Positions 23,109 through 32,207 of a DNA stretch of 64,000 nt are shown here, one piece after another. The first letter of the stretch is position 1. Each line of letters starts with the position of its first letter. The notes beneath the pieces were generated by a model. It made no database searches. It was not told where the DNA came from and worked only from the letters and a program-made list of their open reading frames with translations. The translations under genes were made by a program, and so were the position numbers. This stretch comes from Deinococcus sp. GTDB taxonomy: Bacteria > Deinococcota > Deinococci > Deinococcales > Deinococcaceae. The stretch spans positions 64,001-128,000 of the forward strand of contig OZ253375.1 of NCBI GenBank assembly GCA_965261005.1. The letters are read 5' to 3'.

Positions 23109-24130
23109 GACGCGGCCCCCGTCAAAGCCGCCCGCTGCACGTGCGCCCGGATGCGCCGCAGCACCAGCCCCGCGTCGCCCATCGCGCGGGTCATGGCCTG
23201 CTCCAGCGCGCGGGTCGGGATCAAATTCTGCGGAGCGCGTGGGTCTTTAAAGGCCCGGCTCCCCAGGCGGCACAGCAGGCTGCCCGACAAGTCGGCGATG
23301 GCCTGCACGATGGGGGGCACCCGGTCGTTGTCCCCGGCGTGCATTTCCAGGCGCATCACACCCGCGTAGGGATGCTGGTAAAACTCGGCCGCGCACAAGC
23401 GGACGTACCAGGTGAAGCGCGACTCGTCGCCATTCTGATAGCGAAAGTGCAGGATGGGGCTTCGCTCGCCCGGCTTCAATTCCGACAGCAGGTAGGCGCG
23501 GTCGGCCGAGACGTAGAGGGTCTGAAGGGTCTTGACGCAGCCGACGACCGCCCCGCCGCGAAAGCCGGGCCGTACCGGGCCGTCTTGCAGGGTCAGCACG
23601 GCCAGCGTCTCCTCGTCGTCGTCCTCGTCGTAGGGAACCTGCGACGCCAGGCCGTGCGCCAGGCGCTGCTCGGCGTCCAGCATGGCCCGCTGCACGAACT
23701 GTTGGGGCGCGCTTTGCTCGTTGCCCGGCACCGAGAGGGGCGCGTACAGCAGCTCGCCCGAGTGGGGGTCGCGCGGCGAGAGACGGACCTCCTCGCCGTG
23801 TAGGTCGCCGCACAGCGCCAGCAGCCGCCTCGCCCGGACCTCGTGCAGCCGCGCTTCGCGCCGGCCGTGCGGGCACAACTCCACCGCCCCCACCGCGTAG
23901 GCGCCGTAGCCGCCGAAAAAGGGTTCCCCCTCTCGCTCGATGAGCACCCGCGCCTCCATGCGCGGCTTGCCGTCCACCACATGGACGGTGTGCAAATGGT
24001 CTGGAATGGGTCGCCCCGGCACGGCCGCCCAGCGCGGCGTCTCCACGTCGAGCACGTCGCCCGCAAAGGCGCTCAGGCTCAGCTGCGCGTCCTGGGTGTC
24101 AATGGGCCAAGGGTCCAGGCGAATCCGCAT
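23105..24130 (-). CDS. nurA: NurA-family nuclease
   Basis: [35 protein letters not shown]; overlaps herA start. Confidence 0.85.
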   Translation of the reverse strand: MRIRLDPWPIDTQDAQLSLSAFAGDVLDVETPRWAAVPGRPIPDHLHTVHVVDGKPRMEARVLIEREGEPFFGGYGAYAVGAVELCPHGRREARLHEVRARRLLALCGDLHGEEVRLSPRDPHSGELLYAPLSVPGNEQSAPQQFVQRAMLDAEQRLAHGLASQVPYDEDDDEETLAVLTLQDGPVRPGFRGGAVVGCVKTLQTLYVSADRAYLLSELKPGERSPILHFRYQNGDESRFTWYVRLCAAEFYQHPYAGVMRLEMHAGDNDRVPPIVQAIADLSGSLLCRLGSRAFKDPRAPQNLIPTRALEQAMTRAMGDAGLVLRRIRAHVQRAALTGAAS

Positions 24131-24142
24131 GGGGGCATCTTA

Positions 24143-24180
24143 GCGCAGGGGTCAAGGGCGTAAACCCTTGACCCCTGCGC
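24143..24180. promoter_or_regulatory. Perfect 16-bp-stem inverted repeat immediately upstream of the nurA -10 box
   Basis: GCGCAGGGGTCAAGGG-cgtaaa-CCCTTGACCCCTGCGC; minus strand then reads TAAGAT-6 nt-ATG. Confidence 0.6.
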
Positions 24181-24191
24181 GCGCCCTTCTT

Positions 24192-24389
24192 TTAATCCAG
24201 CAATTCCGGATAATTCAGCTGCATCTCGTTCCAGCTCAGCAGCCGCATGCTGCCGCTCTCCTCGTCCAGCTGCCAATAGCGCGGCACGCTGTCCTTGTAG
24301 ATCACCGTGCCGTCTGCCGCGACCAGCGCCCGCGCGCACTTCTTCAGGTGAGATTGGCACTCCTCGCCGTCCAAAACCAGCTGTCTCAA
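24192..24389 (-). CDS. Small hypothetical protein (about 65 aa)
   Basis: GGAGAG before TTG; LRQLVLDGEEC...RYWQLDEESG...YPELLD; start uncertain. Confidence 0.5.
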   Translation of the reverse strand: MRQLVLDGEECQSHLKKCARALVAADGTVIYKDSVPRYWQLDEESGSMRLLSWNEMQLNYPELLD

Positions 24390-24461
24390 AGGCTCTCCCA
24401 GGGCGCCACGAGCGCGCCGCTCACAGCTCAGTATACGTGATGGGCGCCGCGCGGTACTAGA

Positions 24462-25577
24462 ATGTCCGGCATGTCCGCCGCAGACGCCCACGCCGACGCT
24501 CCAATTCAAGCCACTCCCGAGCAGAACGCGCCCCGGCGCGGTCACCATAAGGTGTACGTGGGCATGGCCTCCGGCGTCGGCAAGACCTACCGCGCCCTGG
24601 GGGAGTTGCGCGAGTTGCTTTCTTCTGGGCGCCGGGTGATGGTCGGGGTGCTGGAGACGCACGGCCGCGCCGAGACGCAGCAGGCCGCCGCCGGCTTGCC
24701 GGTGTTCCCGCGCAAGGTGGTGGATTACCGGGGTGCCCAGCTGAGCGAGCTGGACCTCGACGGCTTACTCCAGCTGCGCCCCGAGGTGGTGTTGGTGGAC
24801 GACCTCGCGCACGCCAGCGCCCCCGGCAGCCGCTTCGAGCGGCGCTACGAGGCCGTGGAGGCGCTGCTTGAGGCCGGCATCGACGTGATTTCGACCGTCA
24901 ATATTCAACACTTGGAGAGCCTCAACGACGTGGTGGCGCGCCTGACCGGCGTGCGCGTCCGGGACCGTTTGCCTGACCAGGTGCTACAAGATGCGGACGA
25001 GGTGCTGCTGGTGGACGTGACGCCGCAAACGCTGCAAGGGCGGCTGCGCGCCGGCAAGATCTACGCGCCCGAAAAGGCCGACGTGGCCCTGCGCAACTTC
25101 TTCACCGAGGAGAACCTGACCGCCCTGCGCGAGCTGGCTTTGCGCCAAGTGGCCGACGCCGTGCAAGGTGAGCCGCAGGAAAGCCAAGCCAGCGTGGCGG
25201 AGCGCCTGCTGGTCGCCTGCGCCGCCGAGCCGGAGTCCGGCCGTCTGATCCGGCGCGGGGGCCGCGTCGCCAGCCGCCTGAACACCGAGTTCGACGTGGT
25301 CTACGTCGAGAGCGCCCGCCCCGACCGCGAGCAGCAAAAGCTGCTGGACTTCTTCAGGGAGACCACCGAGGACCTCGGCGGGCGCTTCGTGGTCATTCCC
25401 AACCAGGGCGGCGTCGGCCCCAGCTTGGTGCGCTACGTGCGTGAGCACCACGTTACCCAAGTGGTGCTGGGCGAAAGCAGCCGCTCGCGCTGGCAGGAGT
25501 TTCTGCGCGGCTCGGTTATTCACACCGTTTTGCGCGAAACCAGGAACGTGGACGTGTACGTGATCACGCGGGAGTGA
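24462..25577 (+). CDS. Stand-alone KdpD N-terminal sensor plus Usp domain
   Basis: KVYVGMASGVGKT, ETHGRAET, VDDLAH, STVNIQHLESLND, GKIY, LRELALR; C-terminal Usp; no TM or kinase domain. Confidence 0.88.
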   Translation: MSGMSAADAHADAPIQATPEQNAPRRGHHKVYVGMASGVGKTYRALGELRELLSSGRRVMVGVLETHGRAETQQAAAGLPVFPRKVVDYRGAQLSELDLDGLLQLRPEVVLVDDLAHASAPGSRFERRYEAVEALLEAGIDVISTVNIQHLESLNDVVARLTGVRVRDRLPDQVLQDADEVLLVDVTPQTLQGRLRAGKIYAPEKADVALRNFFTEENLTALRELALRQVADAVQGEPQESQASVAERLLVACAAEPESGRLIRRGGRVASRLNTEFDVVYVESARPDREQQKLLDFFRETTEDLGGRFVVIPNQGGVGPSLVRYVREHHVTQVVLGESSRSRWQEFLRGSVIHTVLRETRNVDVYVITRE

Positions 25578-25594
25578 GTCGGGAAGGGAAAGCG

Positions 25595-25843
25595 ATGCGA
25601 ACGACGGCGACGATGACCAGCAAGGGGCGCTTGACGTTGCCGAAGCAAGTTCGCGAGCAGCTCGGCTTGCGTCCGGGCGACGCGGTGGAGTTGGTCAGCG
25701 AGGACGGCCAACTTGTGCTGCGTCCCACACGCCAAGTTTGTTTGGGCTGGGCGGGGGCGTTCGCCGAGATGCGCGCGGCGGGCGACGACGTGCCCGACCC
25801 CGAATTGCCTACGGCCTTCGATGACGAGGAATGGACCTGGTAA
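25595..25843 (+). CDS. AbrB/MazE-family antitoxin (orphan)
   Basis: MTSKGRLTLPKQVREQLGLRPGDAV; acidic tail FDDEEWTW. Confidence 0.82.
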   Translation: MRTTATMTSKGRLTLPKQVREQLGLRPGDAVELVSEDGQLVLRPTRQVCLGWAGAFAEMRAAGDDVPDPELPTAFDDEEWTW

Positions 25844-25870
25844 GCCGCTTCGAGGCGTGCTGATTTGACT
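25831..25870 (+). pseudogene. 5' stub of a PemK/MazF toxin
   Basis: Overlapping ATG gives MDLVSRFEA, then stops; resembles MazF N-termini (M.MVV.RFEVWLVNLDP). Confidence 0.4.
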
Positions 25871-25956
25871 TGTCTTGTCTGCGGAAGCGGAGTGCAAGAG
25901 CTTCGCCTGACAGCTTGGTGTCGAGTGAGCGTTTCAACTGATAATATGGGATAGAA

Positions 25957-26751
25957 ATGAAAACAAAGCAGATCGCTTTCTTCTCGTCGGCGCTCGTTCT
26001 CTCCGCTATGTTGGCCGCTTGTGGCGGGGGCGCGTCCACGTCCACACCTACGCCCTCGGTGGCCGCTACGGCTACCAGCGTGGTCGGCACCGTTCAGTCC
26101 TGGACGCGCGGCGAGGCAACTGCCGTTTTAGGGGCGAGCGCGAACGTCCTCGCGAGCGCGGACCTGAGCGCTTCGGGGACGTTCACCCTGACCTTGCCAC
26201 CCGCAGACGCGCTTTCCGCCGTTCTCGCTCCCGTAGCCACCGATCTTGCGCCGGAGGAAGGCTGCCAGGGCCGTTTCTCGTCCAGCGACCCGGCCGCGCG
26301 GGGGTATTCGTTCAGCACGCTTGACGTGACGCAGTCGGGAAATCAAGTCTCACAAATCGTGGCCGCGACAGCCACGATTACGGAGAACACGACCAAGCGC
26401 GTGACGTTGACCGTGGACGGAAACGAGTGGGTGTACGTGGACCGCCCGACCACGTTGACCGGGGGAACCACGTGTCAAGGCACGTCTGACGGCACTGCCG
26501 TGAAAATCAGTCTGTCTGCAAACGTCAAGATGCAGGCGGGATGGAACGCGCTGAAGATTACTGGAACCTTCGTGGCTACGCCCACTTCGAGTAACATTGA
26601 CCTTCGGCTCTCGGGTGGTACGGACGGTCCCTCGGTGTGGACGGACGACTCGGGCGACGGCGCGCTTCCGCTGGCTTTGTCCAAGGCGAACCAAGCAAAG
26701 GAACTGAACCTGTCAGCCGCGCTCAACCGCATCCAGCTGTTTCACAAGTAA
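25957..26751 (+). CDS. Hypothetical Ser/Thr-rich lipoprotein
   Basis: Lipobox MLAAC; beta-rich body with a CQG...CQG pair and AGWN motif. Confidence 0.8.
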   Translation: MKTKQIAFFSSALVLSAMLAACGGGASTSTPTPSVAATATSVVGTVQSWTRGEATAVLGASANVLASADLSASGTFTLTLPPADALSAVLAPVATDLAPEEGCQGRFSSSDPAARGYSFSTLDVTQSGNQVSQIVAATATITENTTKRVTLTVDGNEWVYVDRPTTLTGGTTCQGTSDGTAVKISLSANVKMQAGWNALKITGTFVATPTSSNIDLRLSGGTDGPSVWTDDSGDGALPLALSKANQAKELNLSAALNRIQLFHK

Positions 26752-26760
26752 TGTTTTGCC

Positions 26761-26792
26761 AAAAGGGGACGGCCGCGCGGCCGTCCCCTTTT
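26761..26792. terminator. Bidirectional intrinsic terminator
   Basis: AAAAGGGGACGGCCG-cg-CGGCCGTCCCCTTTT between convergent genes. Confidence 0.85.
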
Positions 26793-28890
26793 ACCCGCCC
26801 CGAATGCGCTCCAGCAAGTGGGTGTGTCGCACCTCTCGTCGCCGCCCGGCGGCGATTTCCCAAGCGCGGCGCGAGCCGACCGCCAGGAACTGCTCGCTGG
26901 CCCGCGTGAGGGCGGTGTAGGCCAAATTGCGCGAGAGCATGTTGGCGTGCGCCTCGTGCAGCACGCCGATCACCGCGCGCCACTCGCTGCCCTGCGCGCG
27001 GTGGACCGTCAGGGCGTAGCCGAGCTGAAGGTTCCACAGCTCGGACCCCGACAGCTCGACGATGTTGCCCTCGAAGTCCACCTGCACCTTGCCGCCGCCC
27101 TCCGCGAGCACCACGCCCTGGGTGCCGTTGAAGATTTCGTTTTGGTAGTCGTTCTTGGTCTGCACGACGTAATCGCCGGCCCGAAGGTCGAACTCGCCCA
27201 CGCGGGTGCCGCCGCCGCCGGGGTTGAACTGCTGTTGCAGGGCGAGGTTCAGCGCCTCCACGCCCAGCGGCCCCTTGCGCATAGGGGACAGGACCTGCAC
27301 CTTGCCGGGACCGCCGAGTTCGCGCGCCAGCAGGGCCACCCGGCGCGCGGCCACGTCGCCGGCCACCTCGACCAGCCGCAACTCCCCGTCCCCGAACTCG
27401 GGGGCGGCCCCCCCCAGCAGGGCGTGCGCGGCGGTTACGATGGGACTTTCGGCCGCTTGGCGGTACACCCGGCTCAGGCGCACGGTGGGGGCGGCCTCGG
27501 TCAGGGCCAGCAGCGGGAGGCCGGCGTCCACCGGCGGGAGCTGGTCGGCGTCCCCCACCAGCAGCACCCGGCTGCCCGGCCCCAGCGCGCCCAGAAGGGC
27601 CAGCAGCAGCGCGTCGCCGCACATGCTGACCTCGTCCACGATTACCAGGTCGTACAGCAACGGCTCCAGCGGCCCGAAGCGGAACCCTTCCGGCCCGTAG
27701 CCCAACAAACGGTGAATGGTGCTGGCCTGACGACCTGTCACCTCGCCCAGGCGCCTCGCGGCCTTGCCGGTCGGCGCGCACAGCGCTACTTCCAGGCCCA
27801 GCTTCTCGGCCAGGTCGGCCACCCGCCCCGTCGCGGTGCTCTTGCCGGTGCCGGGGCCGCCGGTCAGCACGACCAGGCGGTTTTTTTCCAGCAGGCTGAG
27901 TACCTCAGCCTGCTCGCCCGACAGCCCTCGCGCGTCCTGGGAGGTCACCTTCCAGCCCGACTCGGGCGGGGTTGCCAGCAGGGTCCGAATGGCGCCCGCC
28001 AGCTTCTTCTCGGCGCGCAGGACAGAGGGGAGATAAATGCGCCCGTCGTCGTCGGTGACGCGGCCGAGATCGCAGGCGCTGTCCAGGGCGAAGGCGGCCT
28101 GCTGGGGCGTGACGTGCGCGTAGTAGGTCAGGCCCCTGAGCGCCCGCTCAAAGGGCAGGTAGGTATGGCCGCCGGCCAACTGGGCCTGCTGAAGCGCGTA
28201 CACGGCGGCGGCGGTCAGGCGGCGCGGGTCGTCCTGCGGAACGCCCTGTTCCCGCGCCAGCTTGTCGGCGCTCAGGAAGCCGATGCCCTCGATCTCGGTC
28301 AGGGCGTAGATGTCGCCGCTGAGGCGCTCCAGCGCCGCCGAGCCGAAGTGCTTGAGGGCGCGCTGAGCCTGCGACACGCTCAGGCCCAACCCTTGCAGGG
28401 CGGCCATCAGCTTGCGCTCGCCGCCGGCCTCTTCCCAGCTGCTGACCATCTTGTGCAGGGTCGTCTGGGTCACCCCCGGCACCCTGAGCAGCTGCTGCGG
28501 GTCCTCGGACAGCAGGTCCAGCGCCGCCGCCCCGAACTGGCGCGCGATGCGCCCGGCCAACACCTTGCCGACCCCCGAGACGCGCGCCTCCAGGTAGGCC
28601 GCCACCCCCGCCTCGCTGAGGGCCACCGGCACGTCGTCGAGCAGCATGGTTTGCACCCGGTACTGGTAGCCGTACTCGCGGTGTTCCTCCAGCGTCACCT
28701 CGGCGCTGAAGGTGTCGCCGGCCTCCAAGGGGGGCACCAGCCCGACCATTGTCGCGTCGTCGTCCTTGCCCTCGGCATTTTCCAAGGTCGCCGACAGCAC
28801 CGCGAAGCCGCCCTCGCCGCGAAAGCGCACCTTGTTCACGCTGCCGCGCACGCGCAGCAAGGGGATGGCGGGGGGCGAGGATTTGGTCAT
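26791..28890 (-). CDS. recD2: RecD2 SF1B helicase
   Basis: N-terminal OB/HhH region, TGGPGTGKS, APTGKAARRL, STIHRLLG, DEVSM, VGDADQLPPV, YALTVHRAQGSE, YTALTRA. Confidence 0.95.
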   Translation of the reverse strand: MTKSSPPAIPLLRVRGSVNKVRFRGEGGFAVLSATLENAEGKDDDATMVGLVPPLEAGDTFSAEVTLEEHREYGYQYRVQTMLLDDVPVALSEAGVAAYLEARVSGVGKVLAGRIARQFGAAALDLLSEDPQQLLRVPGVTQTTLHKMVSSWEEAGGERKLMAALQGLGLSVSQAQRALKHFGSAALERLSGDIYALTEIEGIGFLSADKLAREQGVPQDDPRRLTAAAVYALQQAQLAGGHTYLPFERALRGLTYYAHVTPQQAAFALDSACDLGRVTDDDGRIYLPSVLRAEKKLAGAIRTLLATPPESGWKVTSQDARGLSGEQAEVLSLLEKNRLVVLTGGPGTGKSTATGRVADLAEKLGLEVALCAPTGKAARRLGEVTGRQASTIHRLLGYGPEGFRFGPLEPLLYDLVIVDEVSMCGDALLLALLGALGPGSRVLLVGDADQLPPVDAGLPLLALTEAAPTVRLSRVYRQAAESPIVTAAHALLGGAAPEFGDGELRLVEVAGDVAARRVALLARELGGPGKVQVLSPMRKGPLGVEALNLALQQQFNPGGGGTRVGEFDLRAGDYVVQTKNDYQNEIFNGTQGVVLAEGGGKVQVDFEGNIVELSGSELWNLQLGYALTVHRAQGSEWRAVIGVLHEAHANMLSRNLAYTALTRASEQFLAVGSRRAWEIAAGRRREVRHTHLLERIRGG

Positions 28891-28891
28891 G

Positions 28892-28908
28892 TTACGTGGA
28901 CAGCATAT
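28892..28908. promoter_or_regulatory. Candidate RDRM (DdrO box) upstream of recD2
   Basis: TTACGTGGACAGCATAT, one mismatch to the 17-bp RDRM consensus as recalled. Confidence 0.7.
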
Positions 28909-29003
28909 CGCAGGCCGGGCGACCCGATCAAAACAGGGGGAGCTTGCCCCCAAAGATTGCTCACGTGCGCTCCGGTCACGCCCGAAAGTTTGTAATCTGA
29001 GTT

Positions 29004-32000
29004 ATGTCTGAGTACGAAGAGCGCAAGCAAGGTCAGCAAAGGGCAGCCGCAGCGCCGCAGATCACCTACGTGCCCCCGCTGCCGGTTCCGGATCAGGCCG
29101 CCATCCAGCTTGAGCTGCAACAGCGCGCATTACAGCGCTACCAGCAGTTTTTTGACATACAAGCCGTCGCCCAACGTTCGAGCGCCGCCCCGGTTCTCGA
29201 AGCTGCCCAGGTGCAACGTAGCTTTGCCTTGCAGCGCCAGCAATCGCAGTTGGCTTTGCAACGTCAGATCGAGGCGCTGAGCGAGGGGCTGCCTCCCGAT
29301 GTCCTACAAGCGGCGCTACAACGTCAGGCCGAGCAAGCTGGGGTACCGGCGTTGCCCCCCGTCTTTAGCGGTCCCACGAGGTCACAGCCTTCCTACGCCG
29401 ACCACGCCCAGCGCTATGCCCATGAAGCGGTGTCGTTGCAACGGCAGGCCGACCAGCACAGCGGCTTCGTCGCCATGTCCGCTTGGCCGACCATCCAACA
29501 ACGGGCGACGCAGGACTTGGTGCAGCGCTTCCGTCAAGATACTTCCCCCGCCATTCAGCGTTACGCCGAGTTGGGACGCAGCTTGGCCCTGGTGCAACGC
29601 CAGCCGCAAGGGAAACAGGTGGCGCGGGTCGTGTTGCAACGTTTGCCGGCGGGTGAGCGGCCCATGGTGCAGAGAGCGCTGGACGAGGCTGAACAAGAGC
29701 ATCAGCAGTTCCAGGCGCAGGATCAGAACGCCTTACAGCTGCACGCCTTGCAACGGAAGCTGACAGAGGAAGAAAACCTTGCTCCTATCGCTCTCCCAAG
29801 CAGAAGCGGCCAACCCCTCTCTTTGGCGGTGCAGCGGCAATTGGAAGTGGGGCTGAACATTCCGAGAGAACACTTGCAAAGCGTCAGAGTCCATGTCGAC
29901 TCCAGCGCCCATAGCTTTGCCAAGTCGGTTCAAGCCATCGCGGCGACGGTCGGAACGCACATCTTCTTTCAGCAGGGCAAGCTGGACACCGAGAGCGCCG
30001 AGGGCCAAGAGCTGCTGGCGCACGAGGTGACGCACACCTATCAGCAGGCGCAAGGGAAAGTCACAGGCAAAGGGATTGACCCCGACCCTGGGCTGGAGCA
30101 AGAGGCGCGGGAAGCGGGGCGGAAGTTCGCGCAGCGCGTTTCTCCCATGGACATGCCGAGCGTTCTGAAAGGCGAGGTGAAGAGCAAGACTCGCGCGGCT
30201 CAACGTGTTCCCGCGCCCCAACAGAGCGCACTCCAGCGCAGGGCCACGGACGAACCCAAGCAAACTGGCCCGCTCCAAGACTGGGCGGGCACGCTGGCCA
30301 ACACGGCCGTCAGCCTGAAGCTGCGCCAAAACGGCGGCAAGCTGCACGGCCGCTACAGCTATCAGGGCCACGCCGACTTCCTGACCGTCGAGGGCACGCT
30401 GGACGCGACGGGCAAAGTTCAGCTCACCGAGCGCGACGCCGGCGGCAAGGTCACCGGCACTTTTGAGGGCGTCCTCAAGGGAGACACGCTCGACGGGCAA
30501 TGGACTTCCGCACAGAGCGGCCGAGCGCACAGGTTCAGCCTGCGAAAAAACGCCGCTGGGGCGCAGCAGTGGGCACACGACTATGCTGGCCACGTTGGCG
30601 GGGCGGCCATACACGTTCACCTCGGTAGGCAGGGCGACACTCTGGAACTGGCCTACGGCTACGACAAGAGCGGCCCGGACCTGCCGCTTCGGCTGAGCGG
30701 CAAGCTGAGCGACCCGACCAAAAAGACCTTTCGCTGTGAGGGTTCGGGAGAGGTATTTGAGGGCGCCTTCGTGGGAGCGGACGGCGCAACCGTGCGGGGC
30801 AAGTGGCATGGAAACGGCAAAACGCTCGACTTCGAGTTCAGGTTGAGCCAAGAGAAACAAAGCCAAGCTGACAAGCAGCCTGCACAGCCGGGCGGCGAGA
30901 TATCGGAGCAATTCATTGACGCGGTGCTGGCCGCGCTCCCGGACGCCATGCGGCGGGACCCCATCACAGTCCATGGCAAAGTGGGGCAGCGGGTCGAGCC
31001 GAACCTCACCAGGAACCCGCGCTACCGCGAGGACACCCGGCGCATTCTGCAAGCCTGCCTGAACGCGGGCATCACCGACAAAGCGCAAATCGCCTATGTG
31101 CTGACCAGCGCGGCACACGAAAGCAGCTACGGGCGGAACATGCGTGAACTGGGGGGCTTCGACTACTTCGAGCACCACTACGGCCCGGACGGCAAGGCCC
31201 CTGCGCGCGCCAAGAGTATGGGCAACACCCAACCCGGCGACGGCTTTAAGTACAGAGGGCGGGGCTTCGTTCAGGTTACATGGAAGAAAAATTACGAGGA
31301 ATGGACGAAGCGACTTAGAAAATATATGCCGCCCGGAGAAGTTATTGACCTCATCAGCAACCCCGACCTGATCGGGCAGGACCGTGACTTGGCGGCGAAG
31401 ATTCTGGCGGAGGGGTTGCGGGACGGCGTGTTCGCCGGCATCTGGACGGCTCCAGGTCGCAAGCGCCCCATGACGCGACTGAATGAACTGAACGAGGGGC
31501 ACGCCGACCAGTTGAGCTTCGCGGCGGCCCGCAACCTGGTCAACGGGGGCAGCCTGGCCGAACCGATTGGTGGCGCCGCCGAAGCGCTCTACCTGCGGCT
31601 TCGGCAGCTTCAACCCTTCTTGGACCCACAAAACCCGCAACAATCACAGCCACCGGGGGAGCTTGCCCAGAGCATGGTCAAGATGGCGCAGGAGGGGCTG
31701 ACGGCGGGCTGGTCGCCGAGCTTGGGCTATTCATGTTCGGCATGGGTTCGGACGGTGGTCGAACATACTCTTCAGACGGGCGACCACGGCTTGTTTCGTG
31801 ACAAACGACATCCGCATGGCCTCTTCGGCATTAGCGCGCTGAAGACACTGGAATACTTTAAGAGCGAGGGTTTGACGCAGCCGTACCAGGGAGAGGGTGA
31901 GTTGCAGCCGGGGGACATTCTCTTTTGGGATGTGCCGAGCAGCTTCGGTCATATCGCCGTCTATTTGGGCGGTGGTAAGGTCGCTGGTAATCACTATGTT

Positions 32001-32207
32001 ATCTACTTGCGAGCCAAGAACGATTATAAATCAGCGGGTCAGCAGCTCTCTGGCAAAGCTGTTCGTATGGATGACGGCACAGTCGTTTACGACGGTATAG
32101 ATTCACGAGGGATCCTTCCCTTAAACGAAGTCGCAGGAAAAAATCGCCCTCCTGTGTTTTTTGGAAGACTCGCGAACAATTGGAAAATAAATAGAGGAAA
32201 ATCGTGA
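29004..32207 (+). CDS. DUF4157-domain polymorphic toxin-like protein with GH19 lysozyme and NlpC/P60 domains
   Basis: QR-rich N-terminus; VRVHVD...AIAATVGTHIFF...LLAHEVTHTYQQ...LEQEA; IAYVLTSAAHES...GNTQPGDGFKYRGRGFVQVTWKKNY; YSCSAWV...LQPGDILFW...FGHIAVYLGGG. Confidence 0.85.
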   Translation: MSEYEERKQGQQRAAAAPQITYVPPLPVPDQAAIQLELQQRALQRYQQFFDIQAVAQRSSAAPVLEAAQVQRSFALQRQQSQLALQRQIEALSEGLPPDVLQAALQRQAEQAGVPALPPVFSGPTRSQPSYADHAQRYAHEAVSLQRQADQHSGFVAMSAWPTIQQRATQDLVQRFRQDTSPAIQRYAELGRSLALVQRQPQGKQVARVVLQRLPAGERPMVQRALDEAEQEHQQFQAQDQNALQLHALQRKLTEEENLAPIALPSRSGQPLSLAVQRQLEVGLNIPREHLQSVRVHVDSSAHSFAKSVQAIAATVGTHIFFQQGKLDTESAEGQELLAHEVTHTYQQAQGKVTGKGIDPDPGLEQEAREAGRKFAQRVSPMDMPSVLKGEVKSKTRAAQRVPAPQQSALQRRATDEPKQTGPLQDWAGTLANTAVSLKLRQNGGKLHGRYSYQGHADFLTVEGTLDATGKVQLTERDAGGKVTGTFEGVLKGDTLDGQWTSAQSGRAHRFSLRKNAAGAQQWAHDYAGHVGGAAIHVHLGRQGDTLELAYGYDKSGPDLPLRLSGKLSDPTKKTFRCEGSGEVFEGAFVGADGATVRGKWHGNGKTLDFEFRLSQEKQSQADKQPAQPGGEISEQFIDAVLAALPDAMRRDPITVHGKVGQRVEPNLTRNPRYREDTRRILQACLNAGITDKAQIAYVLTSAAHESSYGRNMRELGGFDYFEHHYGPDGKAPARAKSMGNTQPGDGFKYRGRGFVQVTWKKNYEEWTKRLRKYMPPGEVIDLISNPDLIGQDRDLAAKILAEGLRDGVFAGIWTAPGRKRPMTRLNELNEGHADQLSFAAARNLVNGGSLAEPIGGAAEALYLRLRQLQPFLDPQNPQQSQPPGELAQSMVKMAQEGLTAGWSPSLGYSCSAWVRTVVEHTLQTGDHGLFRDKRHPHGLFGISALKTLEYFKSEGLTQPYQGEGELQPGDILFWDVPSSFGHIAVYLGGGKVAGNHYVIYLRAKNDYKSAGQQLSGKAVRMDDGTVVYDGIDSRGILPLNEVAGKNRPPVFFGRLANNWKINRGKS

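Noticed and set aside
24147..24163. RDRM-like half site TTACGCCCTTGACCCCT (minus strand) upstream of nurA
   Set aside because: Four mismatches in the right half; better explained as part of the long palindrome
26818..28995. Long antisense ORFs (also 4542-6251, 29733-31643, 52077-53846, 60342-62540)
   Set aside because: Shadow ORFs opposite well-supported genes, expected from high GC3; no motifs
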